Below are positions 31,600 through 41,172 of a DNA stretch of 64,000 nucleotides, one piece after another. Position 1 is the first letter of the stretch, and each line of letters starts with the position of its first letter. The notes beneath the pieces are model-generated. The model was given only the letters and a program-made list of their open reading frames with translations, did not search any database and was not told the DNA's origin. The position numbers were made by a program, and so were the translations under genes. Origin of the DNA: an uncultured delta proteobacterium (GTDB taxonomy: Bacteria > Myxococcota_A > Polyangia > Polyangiales > Polyangiaceae). The DNA is taken from positions 384,001-448,000 of the forward strand of contig CAVOKF010000006.1 in assembly GCA_963696385.1 (NCBI GenBank), given 5' to 3'.

Positions 31600-31830
31600 A
31601 CGGTCGCCGGGGAGATGCTCGCCTCGTGCTCGTCGGCGGCACTGCCGAGAGGTTGCCACAAGGCGGGCGTTTTGGCCTTGGCTCACTCTCGGGCCGGGGG
31701 CCTCGTCTCGCCGACCGCGCATCGCGGCGCGCGGCGGCTAAAGCGGCCCGTTCCGGTGTCGCAAAAAAATGGTGGTGAACGAAACGCGGACGATGCGAAG
31801 ACCCGCGATTGGCAGGCAGAAAGCACTATG

Positions 31831-31845
31831 GTAAGTCGTCTTAAC
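31831..31845. promoter_or_regulatory. Candidate ROK repressor operator
   Basis: GTAAGTCGTCTTAAC (one mismatch), 33 bp upstream of the first WW protein. Confidence 0.55.
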
Positions 31846-31877
31846 TTTTACGGGCGAGGGGCCTTCTGCAGAGTGAG

Positions 31878-33815
31878 ATGGCGCGAACGCTGCATGCCAT
31901 GAAAGGTGTCGCCTTCGGGACGGCATGCGTCTCCGTCCTCGCGTCGCGCATGGCGTCTGGGGCCCTGACGGAGGGCGACGGCGGCGTTGGTTCTGTGCCT
32001 CTTTCGCCATCGACCTCGTCGAACGACGCAGGCGCATCGGCAAGGCCACCCCCCGCCGTTGCGCCGCCGCCTGCTGTCGCGCCCACCGAACCACCGCCTC
32101 CCGCGTCGCAACCATCCACACCCCCTCCGTCGGCCGCGCCCCCATCTGCGCCACCTCCGTTTGCTGGGGCCCCATCCGCGTCGCCCGCATCCGCTCCGGC
32201 GACCCCTTCCCACCTTGGGGTTTCGACCGCGGCGGCGAAGCCCGCGCCGCAAGACGAGCTACCGAACGCCGGATACGTCCCGGGCTACCGACAAGGATCG
32301 ACCCTCACCCTGTCGCCGTATTCGCCGCTGGTCGGCGAGGTGCCGGGCGGGATGACGCCCGGATACCACGCGCCGATGCCGCCTGTGGATTGGACCTTCC
32401 GCTGGAACGGCTTCATGACGGCGTCGCTGCAGGCGAGCATGAACGATAGGCTCCTGCCGGCGAACGGGCAGACCCGGTTCGTGCTCCATGCGCCGCCGCA
32501 GACGCTCGACGAGTACGGCTCGTTTCTCGGAACGTCGACGATGCCCGGGGAGTGGGCCCAGCTCAATTTTGCTTACGGCAATCGGTACGTCACGGCCAAC
32601 GCCTCGTTGACGACCTGGAACCCGACCGACGCCTCTACGTACTACCAGTTGGGCAGCGAGCAGTTCATCAACAACATGTACCTCAAGTACAGTCCTCCCC
32701 CGATCGGCGGCGTCCGTGTGCACGTGCTCGCAGGCTACTTTTACAACGCCTACGGGGCCATCGCGCAATACGGGTTTGGCATGTACACGAACGCGCTCGT
32801 GGGTGGGGTGCGAGGGGTCGGAGAGGACGTGATCGCCGAGTACGACCTGAGCGACTCCACCACCGTCACGGTCGAAGACGGAGTGATGGGCAGCCGAAAC
32901 GGCATGGGGGCGATCAACATCGTTCCGAACTCGCAAAACGGTGCCGGCAGTCCGATCCTCTGGCCGTCGGCGTGGATTCACCACGCGCACGTCGGTTTCG
33001 AAGAGCGGGGCCCGGTGACGTTTCGGGCGCACGCCCACTACATCACGAATTGGGCCCAAGACGACCGCATCCAGAGCTGCTACGGGGAGACCGGTTCGGG
33101 TCGACTGCCGCCGACGCCCTCGCCGCTCGCCCCCTGTGTGCCGTACGACAACCCGGTGACCCGGCAGATCGACGAGGCGTACGTCAAAGACGGCCGGGTG
33201 CAGGTCCTCGGCTTCGATGCGGCGGCCGTGTCGTCGCTCTGGGGGTACTTGGGGGCCGCCGTCTCGTACACCCGTGGAGACAACGCGTACCCCGTCAAGG
33301 GCGCCGTCACGTTCGGGGGCGATGGCGAGACGTTGACCAACCGTTGGTGGGGGCAGAACTCGGGCGGCAACGGAGAGCTCGTCGCCGCAGGCATCAACTA
33401 CAGCACGAGCATCGGACGCATGGTCAGTTACCCGGTCCCTTTTGGCCAGGATGGACCGGACCTCGCGCTGAACGCGGGGTTCGTCTTCGCCGAGTCGTGG
33501 TCGCCGTTTGGGCCGTTCGATGCCCGGATGCGGTACAAGGGCGGCGCCGATCTGCTTTACACATTTCTACCCTTCGCGGGTGTGGGTTTTCGCGCGGACG
33601 CCGTCGCTCCGAACTCGCACGATGCGCTCGAGACATTCTACGTTCTCGCGCCGCGCCTCGTTCTGAAGAGCGACTGGAACAGCCGGGACACGATCACGCT
33701 CGTGTACGGCAAGTGGTTTTGTGGCCCGCACACCCATCCCGAGACGAGCTCGGTGACCTGTGGCGAGAGGCTCGATGACCAGCTCTTCGCCCTCAACGCC
33801 CAGATGTGGTGGTGA
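31878..33815 (+). CDS. Hypothetical secreted protein, putative outer-membrane beta-barrel (paralog 1)
   Basis: Signal peptide, Pro-rich linker, many aromatic amphipathic strands, and C-terminus LFALNAQMWW. Confidence 0.7.
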   Translation: MARTLHAMKGVAFGTACVSVLASRMASGALTEGDGGVGSVPLSPSTSSNDAGASARPPPAVAPPPAVAPTEPPPPASQPSTPPPSAAPPSAPPPFAGAPSASPASAPATPSHLGVSTAAAKPAPQDELPNAGYVPGYRQGSTLTLSPYSPLVGEVPGGMTPGYHAPMPPVDWTFRWNGFMTASLQASMNDRLLPANGQTRFVLHAPPQTLDEYGSFLGTSTMPGEWAQLNFAYGNRYVTANASLTTWNPTDASTYYQLGSEQFINNMYLKYSPPPIGGVRVHVLAGYFYNAYGAIAQYGFGMYTNALVGGVRGVGEDVIAEYDLSDSTTVTVEDGVMGSRNGMGAINIVPNSQNGAGSPILWPSAWIHHAHVGFEERGPVTFRAHAHYITNWAQDDRIQSCYGETGSGRLPPTPSPLAPCVPYDNPVTRQIDEAYVKDGRVQVLGFDAAAVSSLWGYLGAAVSYTRGDNAYPVKGAVTFGGDGETLTNRWWGQNSGGNGELVAAGINYSTSIGRMVSYPVPFGQDGPDLALNAGFVFAESWSPFGPFDARMRYKGGADLLYTFLPFAGVGFRADAVAPNSHDALETFYVLAPRLVLKSDWNSRDTITLVYGKWFCGPHTHPETSSVTCGERLDDQLFALNAQMWW

Positions 33816-35482
33816 ATCGAGCCGCCATGGGGTCTTGCAACGTGGAGTCGATCATGCCGTTGTTCGCCGACATTCGGTCGATGGTTCGCGCGATCCCGCG
33901 CGACCTCCAGGTCGGTTCCCTGGTCGTCTGTGCCGCTCTGGCTCTCGGGCCGGTCGCGCGCGCCGACGGACTCACCCCTTCCGGTGCGACGGCGGCTCCG
34001 AATCGGTCCACGTTGGCTCTCGATCCGACGACCCCGCAGGTGCCGTCGTTGCCCGGCGGCGTCACTCCCGGTTTTGGCTCGCCGTCGGCGTCGAGCCAGG
34101 ACTGGCGCTTCGACTTTCACGGCTTCATCACGGCTCCGCTGAACGTCGGATTCAACAGCCGACCCAATGCGCAACCAGGTCAGAGCACCACAGTGCTGCA
34201 TGCGCCCCCGGAGGTACCCGACGACTTCGAGACGTTTTCCCATACCTCGGTCGTGCCGATGACGTACGCCCAGCTCACGTTCTCCGAGAGCAACGACGTC
34301 GTCTCGGCCAACGTGAGCATCCTGGCGCGCCAGGCGACCGTGTCCGAGTCGTTCCTCGAGCCCGCATCGCAAGAGGGGATCACCGATGCGTTTCTGAGTT
34401 ACCTGCCCAAACTCGGCCCCAACGTGCGCATGCGGGCGATCGTGGGCGCGTTCACCAGCCGCTACGGTTCACCCGGAGAGTACGATGAAGGACGCTACGG
34501 CACGCCCCTCATCGCGCGCATCGGCGGCGCGGGCGAGCTGATCGGGGTCGCGCTGCCGATCGGCCCCAACACCCTGATGTTCGAGCAAGGCTTGCAGGGC
34601 CAGACCAATACCGCCAGTGCCAGCATCACGCCCGACGTCTGGAACGACTTCGCGGACCCCGAAGAGGGGACCACGTTCGTCGACCACTTCCACGCTGGTT
34701 TCAATTATCGATCGTGGGTCACCGTCGGCGCGCACTTCATCAACGCGCAGAGTCACGACGACCGCGCGACGGGGCCGCTCGCCCCCGACGGGAGCATTTC
34801 GGTCTTGGCCGCAGACATCCGCCTGTCGATGCACCGCTTCGGAAATTTCTACTTTGCGTTCGCGAGCACGAAGGCCTCGCACGCCCGCGTGGTCAGCCGG
34901 ATCCTCAGCATCCTCAACACACCTGGAGGCCCTGGGCTGGCCAACGACTACCTGGGACCGGTGGCCAACGGCGGCGATGCGACCGGCACGTTGACGACGG
35001 GCGGCGCGCAGTACGACTTGAGCCTGGCGAGATTGGTGAACTTCCCGGCCCCGTTCGCGGGAGACGGACCGGACGTGTTCGTGAGCGTCTTCGGCCTCGG
35101 CACGAGCGTGAGCAGCGCGTTTCCCCGCCAGCCGGGCGTCTTGGACGGGGTCGCGGTCACCAAGGGCGTTTACGGAGACGGAGTCACCAAGATCAAAGTG
35201 GGTGCGGAGGGGACCTACAGCGTCCTGCCGTGGCTGGCCTTTTCAGCCCGCTTCGACCGCGTCATGCCCGCGATCGACGACAGCAGCACGGCCTTCTCGG
35301 TGCTTTCTCCGCGGGTCATTTTCCGCACCGGGTGGACCGCGACCGACGCGCTCGTCCTGCAATACTCCCATTGGTTCGATGGGCGGTACACCACCGTACG
35401 CACCGGCGAGCCCGCGGTCGACAACCTCGACGTCATCCCGGATTCCGACGTCCTGTCCCTTTCGGCCAACATCTGGTGGTGA
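33806..35482 (+). CDS. Hypothetical secreted protein, putative outer-membrane beta-barrel (paralog 2); start may be a downstream ATG
   Basis: Signal peptide ending ARA-D. Aligns by eye with paralog 1 (DW.F...GF.TA.L, VLHAPP, PR...W, final WW). C-terminus VLSLSANIWW. Confidence 0.7.
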   Translation: MVVNRAAMGSCNVESIMPLFADIRSMVRAIPRDLQVGSLVVCAALALGPVARADGLTPSGATAAPNRSTLALDPTTPQVPSLPGGVTPGFGSPSASSQDWRFDFHGFITAPLNVGFNSRPNAQPGQSTTVLHAPPEVPDDFETFSHTSVVPMTYAQLTFSESNDVVSANVSILARQATVSESFLEPASQEGITDAFLSYLPKLGPNVRMRAIVGAFTSRYGSPGEYDEGRYGTPLIARIGGAGELIGVALPIGPNTLMFEQGLQGQTNTASASITPDVWNDFADPEEGTTFVDHFHAGFNYRSWVTVGAHFINAQSHDDRATGPLAPDGSISVLAADIRLSMHRFGNFYFAFASTKASHARVVSRILSILNTPGGPGLANDYLGPVANGGDATGTLTTGGAQYDLSLARLVNFPAPFAGDGPDVFVSVFGLGTSVSSAFPRQPGVLDGVAVTKGVYGDGVTKIKVGAEGTYSVLPWLAFSARFDRVMPAIDDSSTAFSVLSPRVIFRTGWTATDALVLQYSHWFDGRYTTVRTGEPAVDNLDVIPDSDVLSLSANIWW

Positions 35483-35553
35483 TTCGATCGGGCCGCAAGG
35501 TTTTCGCAACGGCTCTCGGGGGCGGAAGAGGTGGACCCTCGGGTCTCGATTTG

Positions 35554-35568
35554 GTAAAGCGTCCTTAC
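35554..35568. promoter_or_regulatory. Candidate ROK repressor operator
   Basis: GTAAAGCGTCCTTAC, a perfect GTAA-N7-TTAC, 32 bp upstream of the ATG at 35600. Confidence 0.6.
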
Positions 35569-35599
35569 GGGCGTAGGGGCTAGCGCGACGGAGGTCGAA

Positions 35600-36520
35600 A
35601 TGGCGACATCGGGTGTTCGTTCAGGACTCATCGCGTGCGCGGCGATCGTGTTTACGACGGGGATGGCCGTGGCGAACGGCTGCAGCAGCAGCAATGCCTG
35701 TCGCGTCGACTGCGGAGCCACCAACACCGGCGCGAGCACGACCGCCAGCACGGGTACCGGCGTCGGCACGGCGAGCAGCAGCAGTGTCGCGACGAGCAGC
35801 AGCAGCAGCAGCAGCAGCAGCGCGACGAGCACGAGCAGCGGCACATCGAGCAGCAGCAGCAGTGCCGCGGGCGCGTGCAGCCTTCCGAGTCCCGGACTCA
35901 ACCTTTACGTCGGCTTGCTCGCTCCGGCGTGCCCCACGGCCCCCCTGATTGGCGGCAACTACTTTTTCTCCTACAACGATGGGACGGCCGGGGATGGGGG
36001 GACGGTCAGCCTGACGTACATGACACCCGGGTGCAGCGGCACGGGACAGTGCGGCGTGTATGCGTCGGGTTCTGGCTACACCGGCTATGGGGCCGGCATC
36101 GGCTTCACCCTCAACAACAACAACCCGAGCGACGCGGGCGTGGGATACACCGGCTTTCAAGTGTACGTGATGGGAACGACGACCGGCACCCGAGGCCCCG
36201 GCTACCAGATGGCCAACAACACGATTCACGTGAAATTTCCCACGTCGACCAACCGCGACGGCGACGATTACGGCGCGTATTGTCCCACCCAAGGCGACTC
36301 GGGGACCGGCTGGACGCTCTGCAAGCTTCCCTTTGCGGGGCTCACACGCGACTGCTTCGCTCCCGCCGACGCCGGGTATCCCTCCTGCGCCAGCGACACG
36401 TTCGACCTTGCGAATCTCGAGAAGATCCAATTCGAGGCCTCGTTGTATTCGGCCGAGGACGGCGGAGTTCCCAATCCGGTGACTTTCAGCATCGCTCTCG
36501 ATGACATCGCGTTCTACTGA
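35600..36520 (+). CDS. Lipoprotein with Ser/Thr linker and CBM11/CIA30-like beta-sandwich
   Basis: Lipobox VANGC, poly-Ser (AGC)n linker, FFSYND, YGAGIG, WTLCKLPF and LDDIAFY. Confidence 0.7.
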   Translation: MATSGVRSGLIACAAIVFTTGMAVANGCSSSNACRVDCGATNTGASTTASTGTGVGTASSSSVATSSSSSSSSSATSTSSGTSSSSSSAAGACSLPSPGLNLYVGLLAPACPTAPLIGGNYFFSYNDGTAGDGGTVSLTYMTPGCSGTGQCGVYASGSGYTGYGAGIGFTLNNNNPSDAGVGYTGFQVYVMGTTTGTRGPGYQMANNTIHVKFPTSTNRDGDDYGAYCPTQGDSGTGWTLCKLPFAGLTRDCFAPADAGYPSCASDTFDLANLEKIQFEASLYSAEDGGVPNPVTFSIALDDIAFY

Positions 36521-37253
36521 CGTGCGCACGGGGCGAAACGGCCTGTGGGGATCGGGCCGATGGGTCGTGGCGATCGGCGTGCTCGGGGTTGCTTGCGTCG
36601 ACCCGTCGTTGCGAGCGACCTGTCCGGTAGCGCCCGGGCAAGGACCGAAGGTCTGCACGAAGGGCATTCGTCCGGCCGTCGACGGCGTCATCGACGACTT
36701 CGAAGACGGCGATCTGCAGTTGTTGAAACTGGCGGACCGGAGCGGCTATTGGTTTGCGAGTCACGACGACCTCGGATCGTCGCTCCTGCCGAACCCGCTC
36801 GTGACGTCGGCCGGTGGCGCCGACGGGTCGCAGAAAGCGCTGCACGTCACCGGGCAAACGTCGAGCGGCGGCGGGGCGTGGGGCGCGCTGGTCGGAGCGA
36901 ACTTCGTCGGCGAGGGCGTCTACGATGGCTCGGACCACGCGGGCATCTCGTTCAAAGCGAAAGTCGGCAGCACCTCGACCCAAACCGTGAGCTTCAAGGT
37001 CGCCGACGTGAACACGCACCCGGACGGCGGCGTTTGCAAAAACTGTTGGAATCACTTCCAAAAGAAGATCGCGCTCACGACCCAGTGGCGACAATACCGA
37101 GTATCGTTTGCCGAGATGACGCAGGAAGCCGGCTGGGGGGACCCGTTTCCGGCCATCACACCGTCGAAGCTCATCGCGATGAACTGGTCGATCGAACCAG
37201 GACGCGTGTTCGACCTGTGGATCGACGACATCCAGTTTTTCGATTGCCTTTGA
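36501..37253 (+). CDS. Lipoprotein with CBM11/CIA30-like carbohydrate-binding domain
   Basis: Lipobox LGVAC, IDDFEDGD, GYWF, GISFKAK, W..YRVSF and LWIDDIQF. Confidence 0.78.
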   Translation: MTSRSTDVRTGRNGLWGSGRWVVAIGVLGVACVDPSLRATCPVAPGQGPKVCTKGIRPAVDGVIDDFEDGDLQLLKLADRSGYWFASHDDLGSSLLPNPLVTSAGGADGSQKALHVTGQTSSGGGAWGALVGANFVGEGVYDGSDHAGISFKAKVGSTSTQTVSFKVADVNTHPDGGVCKNCWNHFQKKIALTTQWRQYRVSFAEMTQEAGWGDPFPAITPSKLIAMNWSIEPGRVFDLWIDDIQFFDCL

Positions 37254-37296
37254 CGCATCCGGCGCCGAACGGACCGGACGTGGCCGGTCCCCGTCG

Positions 37297-38808
37297 TCAA
37301 TTGACGACCGCCGCCGATGCCGTCGATGCCGAGTTGCCCCCGTCGCCTTCGCGATAGAAGCTGACCGTGTCGATCCAGTAGTCGATCCACCCGATGTCGA
37401 ACGTGAAGCGGACGACCGACACGGCGTGCAAGTCGAAGATATCCGATTTCTTGCCGAAGCCCTGCTGGTGCAAAACGGTGAACGGGACTTTGTAGAAGGT
37501 CCAGTCGGTGCCCAGGTCCACCGTCGTCATCCAGAAGTCGCCGCACACATCCACCGGAGCGGCCGGTGGCGGGTCCGTTGCGGGGTCGAAGCAATAGCTA
37601 CCCGCGACGCCGGTAGCAAAGGCGTAGGGGGTGCAGGGACGACCGAAAAATTGAGGGTCCCCGTAGGAGCCGGCGGCGTCGGCAAAGGCCCCCGCGTCCG
37701 GCAACATATCGCACGGGTAGGCCGGGTAGGGCTGATTGCAGTTGGTGACGCCACAGCACGTGCTCGGTCCCCCATTGAATCCCACGCAGCTCAGTTCGCT
37801 CGCACTGCAGACCGAGATCAAGTCCGCATTGGGCGGGAACTGGTCCCCGCAGAAGTAGCCCGATGCGCCCGTGGGAACGTTCAGGCCCTGGTTCAGCGGC
37901 AACTGGGGCAAAAATTCGCACGCCTGGTGGTTCTGGTTGCAATCGCACTCGCGCACGCGGTCGCAGTAAATCGGTTGCGACTGCCCGGTAGCAGCTTGCT
38001 GACGCTGGGCGAGATAGTTGATGTCGTCGTCCGTGTACTTGTCGCCCACGGTAACGCGCAGACCGGCCTGGCCGTTCGGCCCACGCCGCGCCCAGAAGCT
38101 CACGCCTTCATAGGCGCTGACGTCGATGGTCCCCATCCAGACCGCGAACTCGGTTCCGGCGGGTGGACACTCGGGTGGCAACGGCACGTTCGTGGGACAG
38201 GGGGCGCTGGGGTCAGCCGCAGGGACGGGGCAGCACAGATCCTTCAGCGCATTGGGGTCCGCGTACGGATTCTGGTCGCGGTTGCCTCCGTTGGGATCAC
38301 GGCCGTTGAGTTTCGCCATGGGCACCCCGAAGCCCCCGCCCCACCCCTTGAATGGACCCCCGAAAATATGGAACACGTAATTGGCGTCCTCATTGCCGTA
38401 CACGTTGGGGTGCGCGCAGAGCGGTACGGGCGTGACCGACGGTTGGAAGCCCCCTCCATCGACGGCTTCGCCTGGGCTCCCTTGGTAAAAGAGAGGCGCC
38501 GTGCCGTCCGTATAGGTGTAAAGGTCTGCAGCGACGCCGAGCGTTCCCGCCGCGGTGGGGTCGTCGTCGAAGCTCTCGATCTCCAGCGTGTCGATCCCAT
38601 TCTGCTGGCTGCAATCCACCGGCCCCCACCCTGGATCGGGCTCGCATGCGCCGATGCAAATGCCGTCGGTCGTGGCGGCCCCGTTCGGGACGACCGCCTG
38701 ACCGCGCGGCCGGTCGCAGCCGACGAACGAGGACAGCAAGGCGATGCCGATCGCCCCGCGTACGCCACGGCCCATTTCCGACAGGGTTGGATCGATCGGA
38801 TGGTTCAT
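37297..38808 (-). CDS. Cys-rich lipoprotein with split CBM11-like domain
   Basis: Real gene is the 3' part of the 1157 aa ORF. Lipobox FVGC, IESFDD, GWGGG, DVSAYEGVSFWAR, WTFYKVPF and YWIDTVSFY, with Cys-rich insertions. Confidence 0.72.
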   Translation of the reverse strand: MNHPIDPTLSEMGRGVRGAIGIALLSSFVGCDRPRGQAVVPNGAATTDGICIGACEPDPGWGPVDCSQQNGIDTLEIESFDDDPTAAGTLGVAADLYTYTDGTAPLFYQGSPGEAVDGGGFQPSVTPVPLCAHPNVYGNEDANYVFHIFGGPFKGWGGGFGVPMAKLNGRDPNGGNRDQNPYADPNALKDLCCPVPAADPSAPCPTNVPLPPECPPAGTEFAVWMGTIDVSAYEGVSFWARRGPNGQAGLRVTVGDKYTDDDINYLAQRQQAATGQSQPIYCDRVRECDCNQNHQACEFLPQLPLNQGLNVPTGASGYFCGDQFPPNADLISVCSASELSCVGFNGGPSTCCGVTNCNQPYPAYPCDMLPDAGAFADAAGSYGDPQFFGRPCTPYAFATGVAGSYCFDPATDPPPAAPVDVCGDFWMTTVDLGTDWTFYKVPFTVLHQQGFGKKSDIFDLHAVSVVRFTFDIGWIDYWIDTVSFYREGDGGNSASTASAAVVN

Positions 38809-38831
38809 GCGGTCGCCGTGTCGGGCGCGGA

Positions 38832-41036
38832 TCACCGCGCGTCGCAAACGAAGAGAGTCGCCGAAAGCGGCGGCAGATCGTAGCTCATCTTGTTGTCGCG
38901 GAGTTCGAGATTCGGTTCGACGATCTGGATGCGCGGGCCGGTTCGGTCGAGCCGGTACACCCGAGCGACGGAGTACCGGGTACTGCCCCGGATGGCGATC
39001 GCCCCGGTGAATTTCGCGCGCGCATCTTTGTTGATGACGAGGACCGTCAGCCGGCCGGGCCTCTTGGAGTCCGTCGCCGCGAAGACCGATGCCTGCTTCA
39101 CGTCCGGCACATTCGCGGTGACGGCCGTGTCGCCGTACGTACCTCCCCGGCCGTCGTAGTTCCGATAGAGTTCGAACGCGGCGGCGATGTACGGCGGAAG
39201 AGGCCCGTTGCCCGCACCATTTCCCCAGTACGTCGCGAGGTACACCCCCTCGCGGCCCAGGACGCCGAGTACGTCGGCCTGAGCCAGACCCCCGGACACG
39301 CGATTGCCGCTCCCGAAGTTGTATTCGGTGAGAGACAAATGGGTGCCCGGGTACTGCTTCGCGATCTTCGCGGACAGCCACGGGATGAGCCCGATGGGCT
39401 TGCCCGATGCGTCGACGGTCGAGATTTTCTCTCGGTACGAAGGATCCCAAAAGACCCGCGGCGCTTGCAGGCGCGCTTGGACGGTTTTGGCGGACTCGTC
39501 GTCTTCCGTGATCGGGCGGGTCCCTCGGACCTCGGGGTAGAAGTGCACGTCGAGTACGTGCACCAGGCGCCGATGGTATTTCTCTTCGAGCTGCCGGAGC
39601 GACGCGAGGAAAAAATCGGTATACGTGCCGTATTGGGCATTGAACTCCTTCGAGTCCGGCGCCTCCTCGAGCGTAAGGTACTCGTTCCATCCGTACATGA
39701 CGCCGCCGAGCACGACGGCCGTCGGATCGATCGTCGTGATGGCCGAAGCCAGCGCTTCGGTCCGCGTCACCATCTCCCGGTAGGTGGTCTTCTCGGGGTG
39801 AACTCGCGGATGGGTGGACGGCCATAGCGACGGCTCGTTGTCGAGAGAATAGAATTGGATACCCCCTTGGGCGGCCCGCCCGAGCTTGTGCACCAGGGTG
39901 TTCACGAACTCGTCCTCGTACACGACGCCGTCGCCCAGGTCCGGCACGTCCGCGTACGGTCCGTTCTTGTGCGGAAGCGATCGGTCCCAGCGCTTGCTCG
40001 GCGCCTTTTCGTCCACCGATACGCCGAGCTTCTTGTCCGCCGCGACGTAGTCGACGAGCGGCACGGTCGCGAGGGTGGCCGCGCCGATTCGCTTGTTGTC
40101 GGCGGCAAAGTCGAGAAACTGTGCCGCCGGCTCCCCGCAGTTGGTGTAGCCGAGCACCGTGCAGGGCCAGTCGTCGCTCTGGTTCTTGTAGTCGTTGCCC
40201 GCGTTCGACGCGTTGATTTCCCAGTTGTACGCGGTCTGTCGATTGCCGCCCATTCGCCGAACCGTCACGCCCGTGCCGGGGGCCTCTTGCGAGTTCACGC
40301 CGTAGACGTAGGGACTGATATTTCCGATCGTCTTCGCCGGCTCGACGTCGATCGCGAGCGGTCCGCCGTCGACGGGTGCGACCGCGACCTCCACGACCTT
40401 CGGGAAGCTCGACGGCTTGGTCGTCGGCAGCGCGGCCATCCGCAGCTTCTTGCCAAAGTTTTCGACCGTGACGCCGCCGATGTCGATCGTCTCGGGCTCG
40501 TAGCCGAGATGAAACGTCATCTGCCCCTGCCCGGGCCCGAGCCGCTGTTTGGACACGAAAGGGACGTGGACCTCGCGCCACGCGGGGCCGGCCTGGATGT
40601 CGTAGATGATCCCCTTGGTGTACGGAGCTTTCGCCTCTTCGAAGACGAATTGCGTTTGCCCCGTCGTGGCCCCTTCGAGTGGCTTTTCGGCGCGAAAGTA
40701 GAACGTGGCCAGCAGAACGTCGCCTTCCTCGACGGGCCCGGTGGTCGGCGCCTGGAGCTGGACCGACCATTCGTGGTCGGTGCCGCCCTTGGTTTCGGCG
40801 CGAACGGCCTCGGTGAACGGTTGTCCCACCACGGCCACTGTGCGGATGGCGACCTTGTCCTTGTCACCTTGGACCGCGAACGCCTGGATGCCCCCTGCGC
40901 CGAGGAGACTCCGCCCGGTGCCGACGACGCTGCCGGTCAACGCATTCACGGGCGGACAATCGAGCTTGCGTTGAATGCAACCCGAAACAAGGACGGCAAG
41001 CCACACGACCCCGACGACCCGTACCGGCCCAACCAT
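38832..41036 (-). CDS. GH44 endoglucanase/xyloglucanase lipoprotein with N-terminal CBM4/9-like module
   Basis: Lipobox VSGC, ISPYVYGVN, RMGGNRQTAYNWE, LDNEP (acid/base), LDVHFYPE and LTEYN (nucleophile). Confidence 0.9.
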   Translation of the reverse strand: MVGPVRVVGVVWLAVLVSGCIQRKLDCPPVNALTGSVVGTGRSLLGAGGIQAFAVQGDKDKVAIRTVAVVGQPFTEAVRAETKGGTDHEWSVQLQAPTTGPVEEGDVLLATFYFRAEKPLEGATTGQTQFVFEEAKAPYTKGIIYDIQAGPAWREVHVPFVSKQRLGPGQGQMTFHLGYEPETIDIGGVTVENFGKKLRMAALPTTKPSSFPKVVEVAVAPVDGGPLAIDVEPAKTIGNISPYVYGVNSQEAPGTGVTVRRMGGNRQTAYNWEINASNAGNDYKNQSDDWPCTVLGYTNCGEPAAQFLDFAADNKRIGAATLATVPLVDYVAADKKLGVSVDEKAPSKRWDRSLPHKNGPYADVPDLGDGVVYEDEFVNTLVHKLGRAAQGGIQFYSLDNEPSLWPSTHPRVHPEKTTYREMVTRTEALASAITTIDPTAVVLGGVMYGWNEYLTLEEAPDSKEFNAQYGTYTDFFLASLRQLEEKYHRRLVHVLDVHFYPEVRGTRPITEDDESAKTVQARLQAPRVFWDPSYREKISTVDASGKPIGLIPWLSAKIAKQYPGTHLSLTEYNFGSGNRVSGGLAQADVLGVLGREGVYLATYWGNGAGNGPLPPYIAAAFELYRNYDGRGGTYGDTAVTANVPDVKQASVFAATDSKRPGRLTVLVINKDARAKFTGAIAIRGSTRYSVARVYRLDRTGPRIQIVEPNLELRDNKMSYDLPPLSATLFVCDAR

Positions 41037-41172
41037 GGGCGCACGATAGGCCCACGCCGGGCGAGTTTCCAAGGCGAATGACCGGGCCACAAGGGGCCGA
41101 GGTCATCGCCCTCGCTTCGGGCTCCCCTTCCTGGCGTCCGGTCCCCGCTCTGGTAGAGTCCGCGCCACTTGG

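Noticed and set aside
35775..35863. (AGC)n tract and poly-Cys/poly-Gln ORFs in other frames
   Set aside because: Encodes an ordinary poly-Ser linker in the lipoprotein frame.
38809..40770. N-terminal 650 aa of the 1157 aa ORF
   Set aside because: Off-frame overlap with the GH44 gene. The protein-like part begins at ATG 38808 with a signal peptide.
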